From the sequence record DRR378314_1708: a stretch of 36,730 nucleotides of DNA; one strand, written 5' to 3'. The notes beneath the pieces are model-generated. The model made no database searches and had not been told where the DNA came from. It saw only the letters and a list, made by a program, of their open reading frames with translations. Positions within the stretch are counted from its first letter, which is position 1. The number at the start of each line of letters is the position of its first letter. Below, in pieces: positions 8,498-18,243 of this stretch. Made by a program: the position numbers and the translations under genes.

Positions 8498-10405
8498 ATG
8501 ATTATCTCGATCCTAAGAAATCTTGTGTTCCTCGCCTTCGCAGGCTTGGGTGCCTATGCCATTTTTTCAAATGGCACGCTTAGTCGCGATAGGTTTCATC
8601 GCCAGATCATCGTTGGCCTGTTGATGGGGGTTACGGTTTATCTGATCTCATCCAACCCCTTCGTCTTTGAAGGCGCGCAAATACCGCTGGATGCCAAGGC
8701 CGGGCTTCTTGTTTACGCAGGATATCTTGGCGGTGCCCTCGGCGGGTTGATTGCGGCCGCCTGCGGTGCAGTAGCGCGTTTTGATATTGGCGGACCAAAT
8801 GTCTGGCTTGGCACATTTCTTTATGGTCTGTTCGCGCTTTTCGGTGCCGGTGTCGCAAGGACCATTCCTTCTCCGGTCTGGCCCGTGGTGCCGCTAAAGG
8901 CAACATTCTTGCTGATCATTGGCACAGCAGTGCTACAATTCACACCGGCGCCATTTGTTAGATGGAACGAAGACGAGGGTCAAAATTTCACCTTGGCCAC
9001 CGCAGGAACGGCCTTGGTCGTCGTCAGCGCATTTTCCGCCATCGCCATGAGTTTCGTCATCCATTGGGCCTATACCACTGCCGCGCCGGCACGCCAAAAT
9101 AGCGAAATCCGCCAGCGACTCAGGAATTGGACAACAGCAGCCAATAACGCAGGCCCGATCAAGGCAGTGCTTGGCCTTCAGGAAAACCCGGCGTTTCCGA
9201 TTGAGATAGATCTGGCAGAGGCACGTCTGAACACCGCAACCCGCATCGCGGGTATCGGGTTTTACACATTCAATGCGGATACCCGGGAATGCGTATTTTG
9301 TTCAGAAAGACACGCCGCGCATTTTGGTCTGACCCCAATGGAGTTTCAGACAAAGCACAAAGGTCCGGCACTTTATTTGGGTCATATTCACACTGATGAT
9401 CGTCAGATTGTTTTGGACGCACACCAGCAGGCCAGTCGTGGACTCCCCCAAACCTACGAATACCGCGCATTCCACCAGATGGGGGGCATCCGGTATATCC
9501 GCCAGATTGAAGAACCGGTTCACAATGAAAACGGTCAGATTGTCGAATATTTAGGCACCAGTCTGGACATGACCGATCTGCGTCAAGCCGAAATGCGTTT
9601 ACGTCAAATGCAACGGATCGAAGCGATAGGCACCCTTACCAACGGTATCGCCCATGACTTTAACAACCTGCTTACCGTCATCCTTGGCAGTCTCGAAATA
9701 TGGCTTGAAAAAGGTAAGGGCAGTCAGGGTGAAAAGTTGATTTCCTCGGCTCGCAAGGCTGCCCTGCGAGGGGCAGAGCTGACAAAGAATCTGCTTCGCT
9801 TCGCCCATGATGAACCGCCCCCACTCCTTCGCCTGAACCTCAATGAACTTATTGGAAGCACGCTAAGCTGGACCGCTGGTGTGCTACCGGCGACCATAAC
9901 ACTTGAAACATCGCTGTTTGCCAGGCTTTGGGACATCGAAACAGACCCGGTTTCCGCCGAAAACGCGATCCTTAACCTTATCCTCAATGCGCGTGACGCT
10001 ATGCCGGACGGCGGCACCATCAGAATTGAAACCGCTAATTTAAAGGTGACGCCGGGCGAAACATCACGCCAGCCTACGGATATCGGGCCCGGTCACTATG
10101 TGGTGCTGACCGTGGGTGACACGGGTCACGGCATTGCCGCTGACAAAATCAAACAGATCTTCGAGCCCTTTTATACAGACAAACCGCGCGGCAAGGGGGC
10201 TGGTCTGGGACTTTGCATGGTAAAAAGATGTGTTGATCAATCTGGGGGTGTGATCCTGCTGAACACTGAAGTGGGCAAGGGCACGACCTTCAGGCTTTAT
10301 TTCAATGCCAAAAGCACAAAGGCCGCCCCGGCGGAGAAAGAACCCGTGAATGCAACAGGCGCGCAGGTGCCACAGACCAATCAAACAGAAGAGGCAGATA
10401 GTTGA
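8498..10405 (+). CDS. Membrane sensor histidine kinase: LytS/YhcK-type 5TM domain, PAS/PAC, HisKA, HATPase
   Basis: N-terminal TM block with PLD...AGYLGG...GGLIAA...R..IGG. PAS (IHTDDR...YEYR...GTSLDMTD). H-box GIAHDFNNLL, N-box NLILNARDAM, DTGHG, FEPFYT, GAGLGL. Confidence 0.92.
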   Translation: MIISILRNLVFLAFAGLGAYAIFSNGTLSRDRFHRQIIVGLLMGVTVYLISSNPFVFEGAQIPLDAKAGLLVYAGYLGGALGGLIAAACGAVARFDIGGPNVWLGTFLYGLFALFGAGVARTIPSPVWPVVPLKATFLLIIGTAVLQFTPAPFVRWNEDEGQNFTLATAGTALVVVSAFSAIAMSFVIHWAYTTAAPARQNSEIRQRLRNWTTAANNAGPIKAVLGLQENPAFPIEIDLAEARLNTATRIAGIGFYTFNADTRECVFCSERHAAHFGLTPMEFQTKHKGPALYLGHIHTDDRQIVLDAHQQASRGLPQTYEYRAFHQMGGIRYIRQIEEPVHNENGQIVEYLGTSLDMTDLRQAEMRLRQMQRIEAIGTLTNGIAHDFNNLLTVILGSLEIWLEKGKGSQGEKLISSARKAALRGAELTKNLLRFAHDEPPPLLRLNLNELIGSTLSWTAGVLPATITLETSLFARLWDIETDPVSAENAILNLILNARDAMPDGGTIRIETANLKVTPGETSRQPTDIGPGHYVVLTVGDTGHGIAADKIKQIFEPFYTDKPRGKGAGLGLCMVKRCVDQSGGVILLNTEVGKGTTFRLYFNAKSTKAAPAEKEPVNATGAQVPQTNQTEEADS

Positions 10406-10488
10406 GAACTCTTGAGCTTTATAGTGAACTTTCACCCTATGACCGCTATGCTTGGACCCATGAAAAGCAGGAAGGAGGGGCAGATCGC

Positions 10489-10932
10489 ATGACACATGAC
10501 GTCGATGAAAAACAGCTGATCGCCTCTATCGTATTGTTGGAACGATTTGTCCGCGACATCTATCCAGCGCGACATTCCTCCGAAATTCAACCGCTGCAAT
10601 GGTCGATCCTGCGCTATCTTGACCGGATGCCGGATGACCGCTGTGAGCTGCGTTGGATCGCGCAGTTTCTGGGCCTAACCCGCGCACCTGTGACCCGTGC
10701 CACCGCCACGCTTGAAGGGCGCGGGTATGTGACACATAGGGCAAATGGCCATGATGGCAGGACCAAAACAATTGGCCTGACACCGCTTGGTATCAAGGCC
10801 CTGTCGAACGATCCGATTTTAACCGCCGTGAAACATATCCGTAAATTGCCAGAGGCGGAGCAGTCACAGTTTATGAATACAATTCGGTCAATCGCCTTGA
10901 TCTCGGAAAGTGCCAGCGATGACACCGCGTAG
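10489..10932 (+). CDS. MarR family winged-helix regulator
   Basis: LQWSILRYL...IAQFLGLTRAPVTRATATLEGRGYV...DGRTKTIGLTPLG. ATG at 10489 follows GGAGGGG. Confidence 0.85.
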   Translation: MTHDVDEKQLIASIVLLERFVRDIYPARHSSEIQPLQWSILRYLDRMPDDRCELRWIAQFLGLTRAPVTRATATLEGRGYVTHRANGHDGRTKTIGLTPLGIKALSNDPILTAVKHIRKLPEAEQSQFMNTIRSIALISESASDDTA

Positions 10933-11302
10933 AAAGATCCTGCTGGTCGAAGATGATCCAGAGATCCGCGAGGTCATATCGATATTTCTGTCGTCCGAAC
11001 CCTACGAGATTGTTGCGTCCGAAAATCTGTCTGCCGCCCTTCAAAGACTGTCCACAATGGGGCCTTTCGACCTTGCCATTCTCGACTTCTGGCTGGGTAC
11101 GGAGCATTCGGTTTCCATTCTCGATACGATCCGCGCGAAAGGAGACAACACGCCGGTCATCGTAATATCTGGCGGGAACGACCATATGGACCTTGAAGCA
11201 ACAGCCGCCATTGCCGACATCAGTGGTGCCGTGGTTTTCCTACAAAAACCGTTTCAGAAATCCACCCTGCTGGAGGCTGTTTCTTCAGTGCTGAAAATCT
11301 GA
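10919..11302 (+). CDS. Single-domain response regulator (receiver only)
   Basis: ILLVEDD, phospho-Asp in LAILDFWL, VISG, FLQKPF. Overlaps the end of the MarR gene. Confidence 0.9.
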   Translation: MTPRRKILLVEDDPEIREVISIFLSSEPYEIVASENLSAALQRLSTMGPFDLAILDFWLGTEHSVSILDTIRAKGDNTPVIVISGGNDHMDLEATAAIADISGAVVFLQKPFQKSTLLEAVSSVLKI

Positions 11303-11388
11303 CATCATAAGCGCCCAATCATCGGGGCATTAACGGTCAGTGAACCACCGACCTTCGAAAGAAAGCTCAGGCATCGTCAGGCAGGTAA

Positions 11389-12042
11389 ATGGCTAACATC
11401 AATTTATATGGGTATCGATATAGCGTCTACACACGCATCGTCCGTCTGGTATTGCAGATCAAAGAGCAGGACTATGACAGCATTGAAGTAGATCCATTTT
11501 CTGCCCTTCCGCCGGGATATCTGGACCAGCATCCATTTGGCCGTGTGCCGGTGCTGACGCATGGCACTTTCAGCATCTTCGAAACTCAGGCGATCACCCG
11601 CTATTTGGACAGCACATTTCCGGCACACCCCTTGATGCCTGAAATTGCCAAAGTCCGGGCAAGGGTAGATCAAACAATTACAATCATTGATAACTACGGC
11701 TATTTGCCGATGGTACGACAAGTCTTTTCCAACCGCGTTTTCGCGCCCTTGGAGGGGGCACCGGTTGACGAGGCCGAAATCAGCATGGGTCTTGAGGCAT
11801 CCCACAAAGTCCTGGAAAGCCTAGAGCGGTTTGCCAAGGAAGGGCTGATATTGAACGGGCAGGGCTGCACCCTTGCAGATTGCCATTTGGCCCCGATGAT
11901 CGACTACTTTGTGCGCGCTGAGGAAGGCCAAATGCTGCTGCGCGCGTACCCGGCGTTGAACACATGGTGGGATGGCATTCAGGGGGCGGGAATATTAACC
12001 GCCACAGATCCCGATTTGTCGCTTCTTGGGCCAAAAATCTGA
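11389..12042 (+). CDS. Glutathione S-transferase family protein
   Basis: YSVYTR, HPFGRVPVL, IFETQAITRYLD, TLADCHLAPM. Confidence 0.93.
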   Translation: MANINLYGYRYSVYTRIVRLVLQIKEQDYDSIEVDPFSALPPGYLDQHPFGRVPVLTHGTFSIFETQAITRYLDSTFPAHPLMPEIAKVRARVDQTITIIDNYGYLPMVRQVFSNRVFAPLEGAPVDEAEISMGLEASHKVLESLERFAKEGLILNGQGCTLADCHLAPMIDYFVRAEEGQMLLRAYPALNTWWDGIQGAGILTATDPDLSLLGPKI

Positions 12043-12141
12043 TAGCTTGCCCGCACAGGCCAGACCGCCAGATGTGAAACTATGGCCTGTTTCTTTATGA
12101 GCGACTGATCTGGCCCCTTGCGCCGCAATCACTGCCTGCTT

Positions 12142-12543
12142 TCAGTACACCTGCGCCTTGAGGTGAATTCGTATGTCACTGGAGCCGCGAATAGTGAAAG
12201 AGGAACGGTCGCTGCCCTTCTTTCGACCGGCCACATAATAGACCAACAAAACGCTAAGCTTCTTACCCTTGCACCGTCCATTTTGCTGGGTGAATTTCCG
12301 GCGTTTCGTGCGGTAGGATCCCAATGACGGCTTGGAATTGACAATCAGCTTTGGGTAACCGCGATCCTTGCAGGTTCTCTCATCATAGTTCAGCCATTGA
12401 AATTCCATCTGCTTGCCCGCAGCGACACGCCGGTCCAGATATCGCGTATTTTGTGCAGTGGCGCTTTGGGCGGCGGCGAAAAACATGCCAACAGCTACCC
12501 CGGCGACGGTCAGACGCCTCAAGTTTGATCTGCGCGGCTTCAT
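12142..12543 (-). CDS. Hypothetical secreted basic protein
   Basis: Signal peptide ending in ATA/QN, two Cys, Lys/Arg-rich. Divergent from the caspase gene. Confidence 0.7.
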   Translation of the reverse strand: MKPRRSNLRRLTVAGVAVGMFFAAAQSATAQNTRYLDRRVAAGKQMEFQWLNYDERTCKDRGYPKLIVNSKPSLGSYRTKRRKFTQQNGRCKGKKLSVLLVYYVAGRKKGSDRSSFTIRGSSDIRIHLKAQVY

Positions 12544-12643
12544 CCGGCACCCCCTTCGTCAAATGTTTATCGACACCTGCTTGTGGTTGCGGTTAGGCTT
12601 GCCCTATCCCGATAGAAAGTCAAATGACATTTAGGTTGGCGCG

Positions 12644-13990
12644 ATGCACAAGCTTAGCGGAATTGCACAATGGTACGCCGCCCTACTCTTTGCCGCGGTG
12701 CTGCTGTCTATGACAACCGCTGCACAAGCAGAGCGCGTGGCGCTTGTGGTCGGCAACGCACAATATGAAAATACTCAACCCCTGGCAAACCCCCGCAACG
12801 ATGCAGAAGCAGTTGCCGCCGCATTGCGCAACTTGGGCTTTGATGTTTTTGATGGCTACGACCTGACCCGCAGTGCATTCGAAGAATTGATCCGTGATTT
12901 CGCACGGGGGGCCCAAGATGCTGATGCAGCTGTGCTCTATTATGCCGGGCACGGGTTGGAGGTGGGAAACGTCAACTATCTGGTGCCGGTCGATGCAAAC
13001 ATTCGCGATGAAACCGATCTGAAATTCGAAACGGTCACCCTGGATGATATCATCGGCTTTATGGAGCGTGAAAACCGCACCAATCTGATTTTCCTAGATG
13101 CCTGCCGTGACAATCCAATGGCGCGAAACCTGTCGCTGAACATGGGAACACGCTCTGTTGCGGTGGGTCGCGGATTGGCCCCGGTAGAGACAGGTGTTGG
13201 CACGCTGATAGCCTATGCTACTCAACCCGGAAATGTGGCGCTGGATGGTGTGGGGCGTCATTCCCCATTTACCGATGCCTTGCTGGATCATATTGCAACG
13301 CCGGATCTTGATGTGGAAATCATGATGCGCAGCGTCCGCCGTGATGTGATGCAAAAAACCGGCGGACAGCAAATCCCGTGGAGCAGCTCATCCCTCACCG
13401 GCAGTTTCATCTTTCAGAACAAACCCGCGCAATCCGCCCTTCCCGCGTCGGTTCCACCGGTTTCAACCCCAAAGCCAGCCACGCCTGCCCCTCAAGCCAC
13501 ACCAGACCCCGCCCCCGAAATCGAACTGTCCTCTGTCACCCCGGACGGCGCGGAAAAGCCTGAGGTCGCTGCCACCCCGCCCCAGATTGAACAACCCGAC
13601 GAACGCGAATTGGCACGGGGGCTGCAAACAGAACTGAACCGCCTGGGGTGCAATGCAGGCGCGCCGGATGGGATCTGGGGCCGAAAAAGCCGCGCTGCTC
13701 TTGCGCTTTTGGCCAAACATGCGCCCGCTGCCAAAATTGCGGGTCTGGAGCCGACCGAAGCATTGTTGCATCACGCCGAACAGCTTGAGGGCAGGATTTG
13801 CCCGCTGACCTGCGCAGTCACCGAGAATTTGATCAATGGTGCATGCCAGCGCAAAACCTGTGCAAAGGGTCAGCGGCTTTCCTCAAGGGGGCAGTGTTAT
13901 ACCCCGCAAGCGACAACCGCCCGCAGGCGGTCTGCCCCCAAGTCCAGCTCCAGTTGTTTCACCTATAATGGTCAAACCTATTGCGACTAA
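12644..13990 (+). CDS. Caspase family (peptidase C14, p20) protein with signal peptide, Pro-rich linker, peptidoglycan-binding-like module and Cys-rich tail
   Basis: RVALVVGN..Y...LANPRNDA, YYAGHG (His), FLDACRDNP (Cys), SPFTDAL, QQIPW. Also LQTELNRLGC..G.PDGIWGRKSRAAL. Confidence 0.92.
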   Translation: MHKLSGIAQWYAALLFAAVLLSMTTAAQAERVALVVGNAQYENTQPLANPRNDAEAVAAALRNLGFDVFDGYDLTRSAFEELIRDFARGAQDADAAVLYYAGHGLEVGNVNYLVPVDANIRDETDLKFETVTLDDIIGFMERENRTNLIFLDACRDNPMARNLSLNMGTRSVAVGRGLAPVETGVGTLIAYATQPGNVALDGVGRHSPFTDALLDHIATPDLDVEIMMRSVRRDVMQKTGGQQIPWSSSSLTGSFIFQNKPAQSALPASVPPVSTPKPATPAPQATPDPAPEIELSSVTPDGAEKPEVAATPPQIEQPDERELARGLQTELNRLGCNAGAPDGIWGRKSRAALALLAKHAPAAKIAGLEPTEALLHHAEQLEGRICPLTCAVTENLINGACQRKTCAKGQRLSSRGQCYTPQATTARRRSAPKSSSSCFTYNGQTYCD

Positions 13991-14073
13991 GACGCCGGCA
14001 GGTTTGCGAAAATGCCTTAGACTGAAACAACCGGATTTTCCACCTTGCAGCGCCTGACGGCTTTTCGGTAACG

Positions 14074-14087
14074 TCCGCTATTATGGA
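14074..14087. promoter_or_regulatory. Candidate XRE operator overlapping the regulator's own start codon
   Basis: TCCGCTATTATGGA is 12/14 identical to the TCCGATATTACGGA site upstream of kbl. Confidence 0.55.
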
Positions 14088-14640
14088 AAACACTGACGCA
14101 ATACTATCACTTCTCCCCACCCGCCTGAAGGACGCACGCCGCGCCAAAGGTCTGTCTTTGGATGCTGTCGCCAAACTTTCGGGTGTATCGCGCAGTATGG
14201 TCAGCCAGATCGAACGCGGCGAATCCTCCCCGACGATCTCGACCCTTTGGAACCTGACCAAGGCGCTTCAGGTTGATTTTGCTGGCCTTCTGGAAGACGG
14301 GCTGGAAAGCAAGATCGAAGTGCTGCGCAACGGCAATGTCCCGACAATTGAAAAACATGGCGCGGGATGTTCGATCCGCATTCTGTCTCCGCCGGAAGAG
14401 GCCGGGCGGCACGAAGTTTACGAGCTGCGGTTTCAGGAGAACGGCGTGTTGGATAGCCTGCCTCATGCCCAAGGCGCGCGTGAACATCTGACTGTGATCG
14501 AAGGCAAGCTGACTGTGACAAGTGGTGATGCGGTCGAGGCGCTGGCGCAAGGTGACACCGCACGATATCCCGCAGATGTTGCCCATCGGATCACGGCCGA
14601 TGGACCGGCGCGTTGCTTTCTGGTCGTGAACGGTGCGTAG
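14083..14640 (+). CDS. XRE family HTH + cupin transcriptional regulator
   Basis: RLKDARRAKGLSLDAVAKLSGVSRSMVSQIERGESSPT. Cupin part PHAQGAREHLTVIEG...GDTARYPADVAH. Confidence 0.93.
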   Translation: MENTDAILSLLPTRLKDARRAKGLSLDAVAKLSGVSRSMVSQIERGESSPTISTLWNLTKALQVDFAGLLEDGLESKIEVLRNGNVPTIEKHGAGCSIRILSPPEEAGRHEVYELRFQENGVLDSLPHAQGAREHLTVIEGKLTVTSGDAVEALAQGDTARYPADVAHRITADGPARCFLVVNGA

Positions 14641-14645
14641 CGGAC

Positions 14646-14697
14646 ATCCGATATTACGGATAAGTTTCTAACTTTGCGTAAATCCGATATTGCGGAA
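14646..14697. promoter_or_regulatory. Two palindromic operator sites upstream of kbl-tdh
   Basis: ATCCGATATTACGGAT (14646-14661) and ATCCGATATTGCGGAA (14682-14697). The second overlaps a possible -35 TTGCGG, which has TAGAAT 16 bp downstream. Confidence 0.7.
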
Positions 14698-14737
14698 ATT
14701 AATCCGGCATGTAGAATCCAGTAAAACGGAGGATTCC

Positions 14738-15925
14738 ATGACCGCTGCATTCTTGACCCATATGACCGACACGCTGGCGCAGATTGACGCTGAAAAGATG
14801 ACCAAGCGCGAGCGGTTGATCACTTCGGCGCAGGCGGGCCATGTCACCGCCAGTGGCAAGCCCGTGATCAACCTTTGTGCCAATAACTATCTTGGCCTTG
14901 CTGACCACCCTGATCTGATCAAAGCAGCCAAGGGGGCGATGGACGACAAAGGGTTTGGCATGGCCTCGGTCCGGTTCATCTGCGGTACGCAGGACCTGCA
15001 CCGCGCGTTGGAAACCCGCATCGCACAGTTTCTGGGCAAGGATGATTCCATCCTCTTCGCTGCCTGTTTTGATGCCAACGGTGGCTTGTTCGAACCGCTT
15101 TTGGGACCGGAAGATGCGATTATCTCTGACGCGCTGAACCATGCGTCGATCATTGACGGCATCCGTTTGTGCAAGGCCAAACGCTATCGCTATGCCAATT
15201 CCGACATGGACGACCTTGAGGCCCAGCTGAAGGCGGCAAAGGCGGACGGCGCACGGTTCATCATGATCGCAACGGATGGTGTGTTTAGCATGGACGGTTA
15301 CCTTGCCAATCTGCCCGCAATCACCAAACTGGCTGAAGCCTACGGCGCTTTGGTGATGGTGGATGATTGCCATTCTACCGGCTTTATGGGGCCGAAGGGC
15401 GCGGGCACACCTGCGCATTTTGGCGTTGATGTCGATATTCTGACCGGCACTTTGGGCAAGGCCCTTGGCGGCGCGGTGGGGGGCTATATTGCTGGCCCGC
15501 AGCCCGTTATTGACCTGCTGCGCCAACGTGCCCGCCCCTATCTGTTCTCCAACTCCCTGCCGCCTGCCATTGTGGCCGCCGGGATCGAGGCCATCCGTCT
15601 GGTTGAAGAGGGCGATAGCCTGCGCACGCAGTTGTTCAAAAATGCCGCATATTGGCGGGCCGGGTTGACCCGACTGGGGTTTGAGTTGTTGCCGGGGGAA
15701 CATCCGATCATCCCCGTGATGCTGGGCGAGGCGCATCTGGCACAGGAAATGGCCGCGCGTCTGTTTGAGGAAGGTGTCTATGTCAGCGGTTTCTTTTTCC
15801 CCGTGGTGCCGCGCGGTCAGGCCCGCATCCGCACCCAGATGAACGCGACGCTGAGCCTTGATGATCTGGACCGCGCTCTGACCGCTTTTGAGGTTGCGGG
15901 CAAAGCGGTGGGTGTTTTGAAATGA
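14738..15925 (+). CDS. kbl: 2-amino-3-ketobutyrate CoA ligase (glycine C-acetyltransferase)
   Basis: [65 protein letters not shown] before ATG 14738. Confidence 0.96.
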   Translation: MTAAFLTHMTDTLAQIDAEKMTKRERLITSAQAGHVTASGKPVINLCANNYLGLADHPDLIKAAKGAMDDKGFGMASVRFICGTQDLHRALETRIAQFLGKDDSILFAACFDANGGLFEPLLGPEDAIISDALNHASIIDGIRLCKAKRYRYANSDMDDLEAQLKAAKADGARFIMIATDGVFSMDGYLANLPAITKLAEAYGALVMVDDCHSTGFMGPKGAGTPAHFGVDVDILTGTLGKALGGAVGGYIAGPQPVIDLLRQRARPYLFSNSLPPAIVAAGIEAIRLVEEGDSLRTQLFKNAAYWRAGLTRLGFELLPGEHPIIPVMLGEAHLAQEMAARLFEEGVYVSGFFFPVVPRGQARIRTQMNATLSLDDLDRALTAFEVAGKAVGVLK

Positions 15926-16965
15926 CCAATGAAATGAACGCCTTGGTCAAGACACACCCGCGTGAGGGCCTCTGGCTGCAAACCGCGCCAGTGCCGGAAA
16001 TCGGGCAGGATGACGTGCTGATCCGCATCAACAAGACCGGCATCTGCGGCACCGATATCCACATCTGGAACTGGGACACATGGGCGCAGAAAACCGTGCC
16101 TATACCTCTGATCACCGGACATGAGTTTGCCGGTGAGATTGTCGAGATCGGGCGCAATGTCCAAGGGTTGCAGCTGGGCCAGCGGTGTAGCGGCGAGGGG
16201 CATCTGATTGGCAAACAATCCCGCCAAAGTCGCGGCGGCAAGTTCCATCTTGATCCCGAAACCCGCGGCATTGGCGTGAACGAGCAGGGCGCTTTTGCCG
16301 AATATCTGCGCCTGCCTGCGTTCAACGTGGTGCCATTGCCCGACGAGATCAGCGATGACATCGGTGCCATCCTTGATCCATTGGGCAACGCCGTTCACAC
16401 CGCCCTGTCATTCGATCTGCTGGGCGAGGATGTGTTGATCACTGGCGCCGGGCCGATTGGGATTATGGCGGCAGCGGTTGCCCGCCATGCGGGCGCGCGC
16501 AATGTTGTGATCACCGACATTAATCAGGAGCGGCTGGATCTGGCGGCCAAGGTGGCGGATGTCACCCCGGTAAATGTCGCAAAAGAGGATCTGATGGATG
16601 TTCTAGCGCCCTTGAAGATCAAGCAAGGATTCGACGTTGGGCTGGAAATGTCCGGCAATCAACAAGCCCTTGACCAGATGGTAGAGGCCATGGTGATGGG
16701 CGGGCGTATTGCCTTGCTGGGTATTCCACCCGGCAAAAGCCCCGTAGATTGGAGCCGGATTGTATTCAAGGCCATCACCCTGAAAGGCATCTATGGCCGC
16801 GAGATTTTTGAAACCTGGTACAAGATGATTGCCATGTTGCAAAATGGGCTGGACGTCTCTGGTGTGATCACCCATCGTTTTGCCCTTGCCGATTTCGAAC
16901 AAGGGTTCGCGGCGATGAAGTCGGGCCAGTCAGGGAAAGTGGTCCTGGATTGGCACGGGGCATAA
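15922..16965 (+). CDS. tdh: L-threonine 3-dehydrogenase
   Basis: [50 protein letters not shown]. Coupled to kbl. Confidence 0.96.
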   Translation: MTNEMNALVKTHPREGLWLQTAPVPEIGQDDVLIRINKTGICGTDIHIWNWDTWAQKTVPIPLITGHEFAGEIVEIGRNVQGLQLGQRCSGEGHLIGKQSRQSRGGKFHLDPETRGIGVNEQGAFAEYLRLPAFNVVPLPDEISDDIGAILDPLGNAVHTALSFDLLGEDVLITGAGPIGIMAAAVARHAGARNVVITDINQERLDLAAKVADVTPVNVAKEDLMDVLAPLKIKQGFDVGLEMSGNQQALDQMVEAMVMGGRIALLGIPPGKSPVDWSRIVFKAITLKGIYGREIFETWYKMIAMLQNGLDVSGVITHRFALADFEQGFAAMKSGQSGKVVLDWHGA

Positions 16966-17005
16966 AGCCCGTCGTGTTTCTTCTTAAGGTGTGGCGGTCC
17001 GGACG

Positions 17006-17440
17006 CTAACCTCCTTCTCTTTGGCGTCTCCGATCCAGTGCCGCTTGCAAAATCATATCGACGTCCCCGCTCATCGGCAGTGTCTTTTGAAAAACCGTGC
17101 TGCAGTCGACCCAGACCGCTTCGTGGACGTCGTCATGGGCGCAGGGAGTGCCCGATTTGTATCTACAAAGGACCGCAACCAACAGGTAATGAAAGGTAAC
17201 CGCCCCCGCTTGATCACGGACGATGATGTCCAGATTGGTCAGATACTCCAACGGTTCGGCAATAACTTCGGTTTCTTCAAAAAGCTCACGCGCGGCGGCG
17301 ACCTTGGCCGTTTCGCCAAAATCCACATGCCCGCCGGGAAACCCCCATAGGTTGGCATCCGGTTCATTCTTGCGGCGCACAAGAAGGACCGCATCATCAT
17401 GCAGAACAACGGCTATTGCGGCCAGCTTCGGATGATCCAT
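17006..17440 (-). CDS. NUDIX hydrolase (MutT/ADP-ribose pyrophosphatase-like)
   Basis: Nudix box GGHVDFGETAKVAAARELFEET. The start is chosen at MDHPK and is uncertain. Confidence 0.88.
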   Translation of the reverse strand: MDHPKLAAIAVVLHDDAVLLVRRKNEPDANLWGFPGGHVDFGETAKVAAARELFEETEVIAEPLEYLTNLDIIVRDQAGAVTFHYLLVAVLCRYKSGTPCAHDDVHEAVWVDCSTVFQKTLPMSGDVDMILQAALDRRRQREGG

Positions 17441-17609
17441 CGCGCATACAATCTCTTGTGCCCAGCGCAATCAGCGTTGCACCCCGGCCCAGCTTATCAA
17501 GATTTTCGCCAAACCTGCCACTGACATTTCCAGATATGACTGGTTCATCCCGGTCGGTGTCCATTTGCTACGGCCTTCACCGTAAAGGTTCGGCGTCAGT
17601 GGGCAAAAC

Positions 17610-18242
17610 CTAGCCTGATGTTGCCACTTTGGCCCCTAAACCGATCAAGGTGATGGCCATCAACCGCTCCAGAACGCCCCCAAAGCGGCCCACTCCTGCA
17701 CCACGCGTCTTCACACAACCCGCAAAAACAACAACAGGCAGATAGACTGCAACGGCCAATACGATCACCAAACCACCATGCAGAACAAGCTGAAGCGCCT
17801 CCGGCCCCTGCCCCTTCACCACAAATTGCGGCAGGAAGGCCACGTAAAACAAAATCGCTTTGGGGTTCAGTAGATTGATCAACATCCCATCACGAAAGCA
17901 GTTGGCAGTTTTACTTTGGTGACTATCCTGCGCCTTGGACCTCCTGGAGTTTCGCGGAAATAGCGCGTTGGTACCAAGATAGATAAGATAGGCCGCGCCG
18001 ATCCATTTCAGGGCGGCCAAGGCAACGGTAGATGATGAAATCAATGTGCCCAATCCAAATGTCACCAAAATAACGTGAACAGCTGCACCCCCACACATAC
18101 CTGCTAGTGCCGCCAACCCCGATGTGCGACCACCCCGGATTGTGCGGCTAAGAATACTTGCCAAATCAGGTCCGGGTGTGGCCACGACAATCGCCGCTGT
18201 CGTCAGAAATGAAAGCCAATGCACCAGTGTGTAGTCAAACAT
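17610..18242 (-). CDS. LysE/RhtB family translocator
   Basis: TPGPD, LKWIGAAYLIYLG, NLLNPKAILFYVAFLPQFV. Starts just after the FMN reductase stop. Confidence 0.9.
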   Translation of the reverse strand: MFDYTLVHWLSFLTTAAIVVATPGPDLASILSRTIRGGRTSGLAALAGMCGGAAVHVILVTFGLGTLISSSTVALAALKWIGAAYLIYLGTNALFPRNSRRSKAQDSHQSKTANCFRDGMLINLLNPKAILFYVAFLPQFVVKGQGPEALQLVLHGGLVIVLAVAVYLPVVVFAGCVKTRGAGVGRFGGVLERLMAITLIGLGAKVATSG

Positions 18243-18243
18243 C

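Noticed and set aside
12056-12097. ACAGGCCA...TGGCCTGT followed by TTCTTT after the GST gene
   Set aside because: A 20-nt loop is too long for a confident intrinsic terminator call.
12644-13990. Caspase as an anti-phage or cell-death system
   Set aside because: It has a signal peptide and no adjacent gasdermin, NLR, CBASS or CRISPR genes.
14699-15736. 345-aa ORF antisense to kbl
   Set aside because: Antisense shadow of a conserved gene with no recognisable domain.
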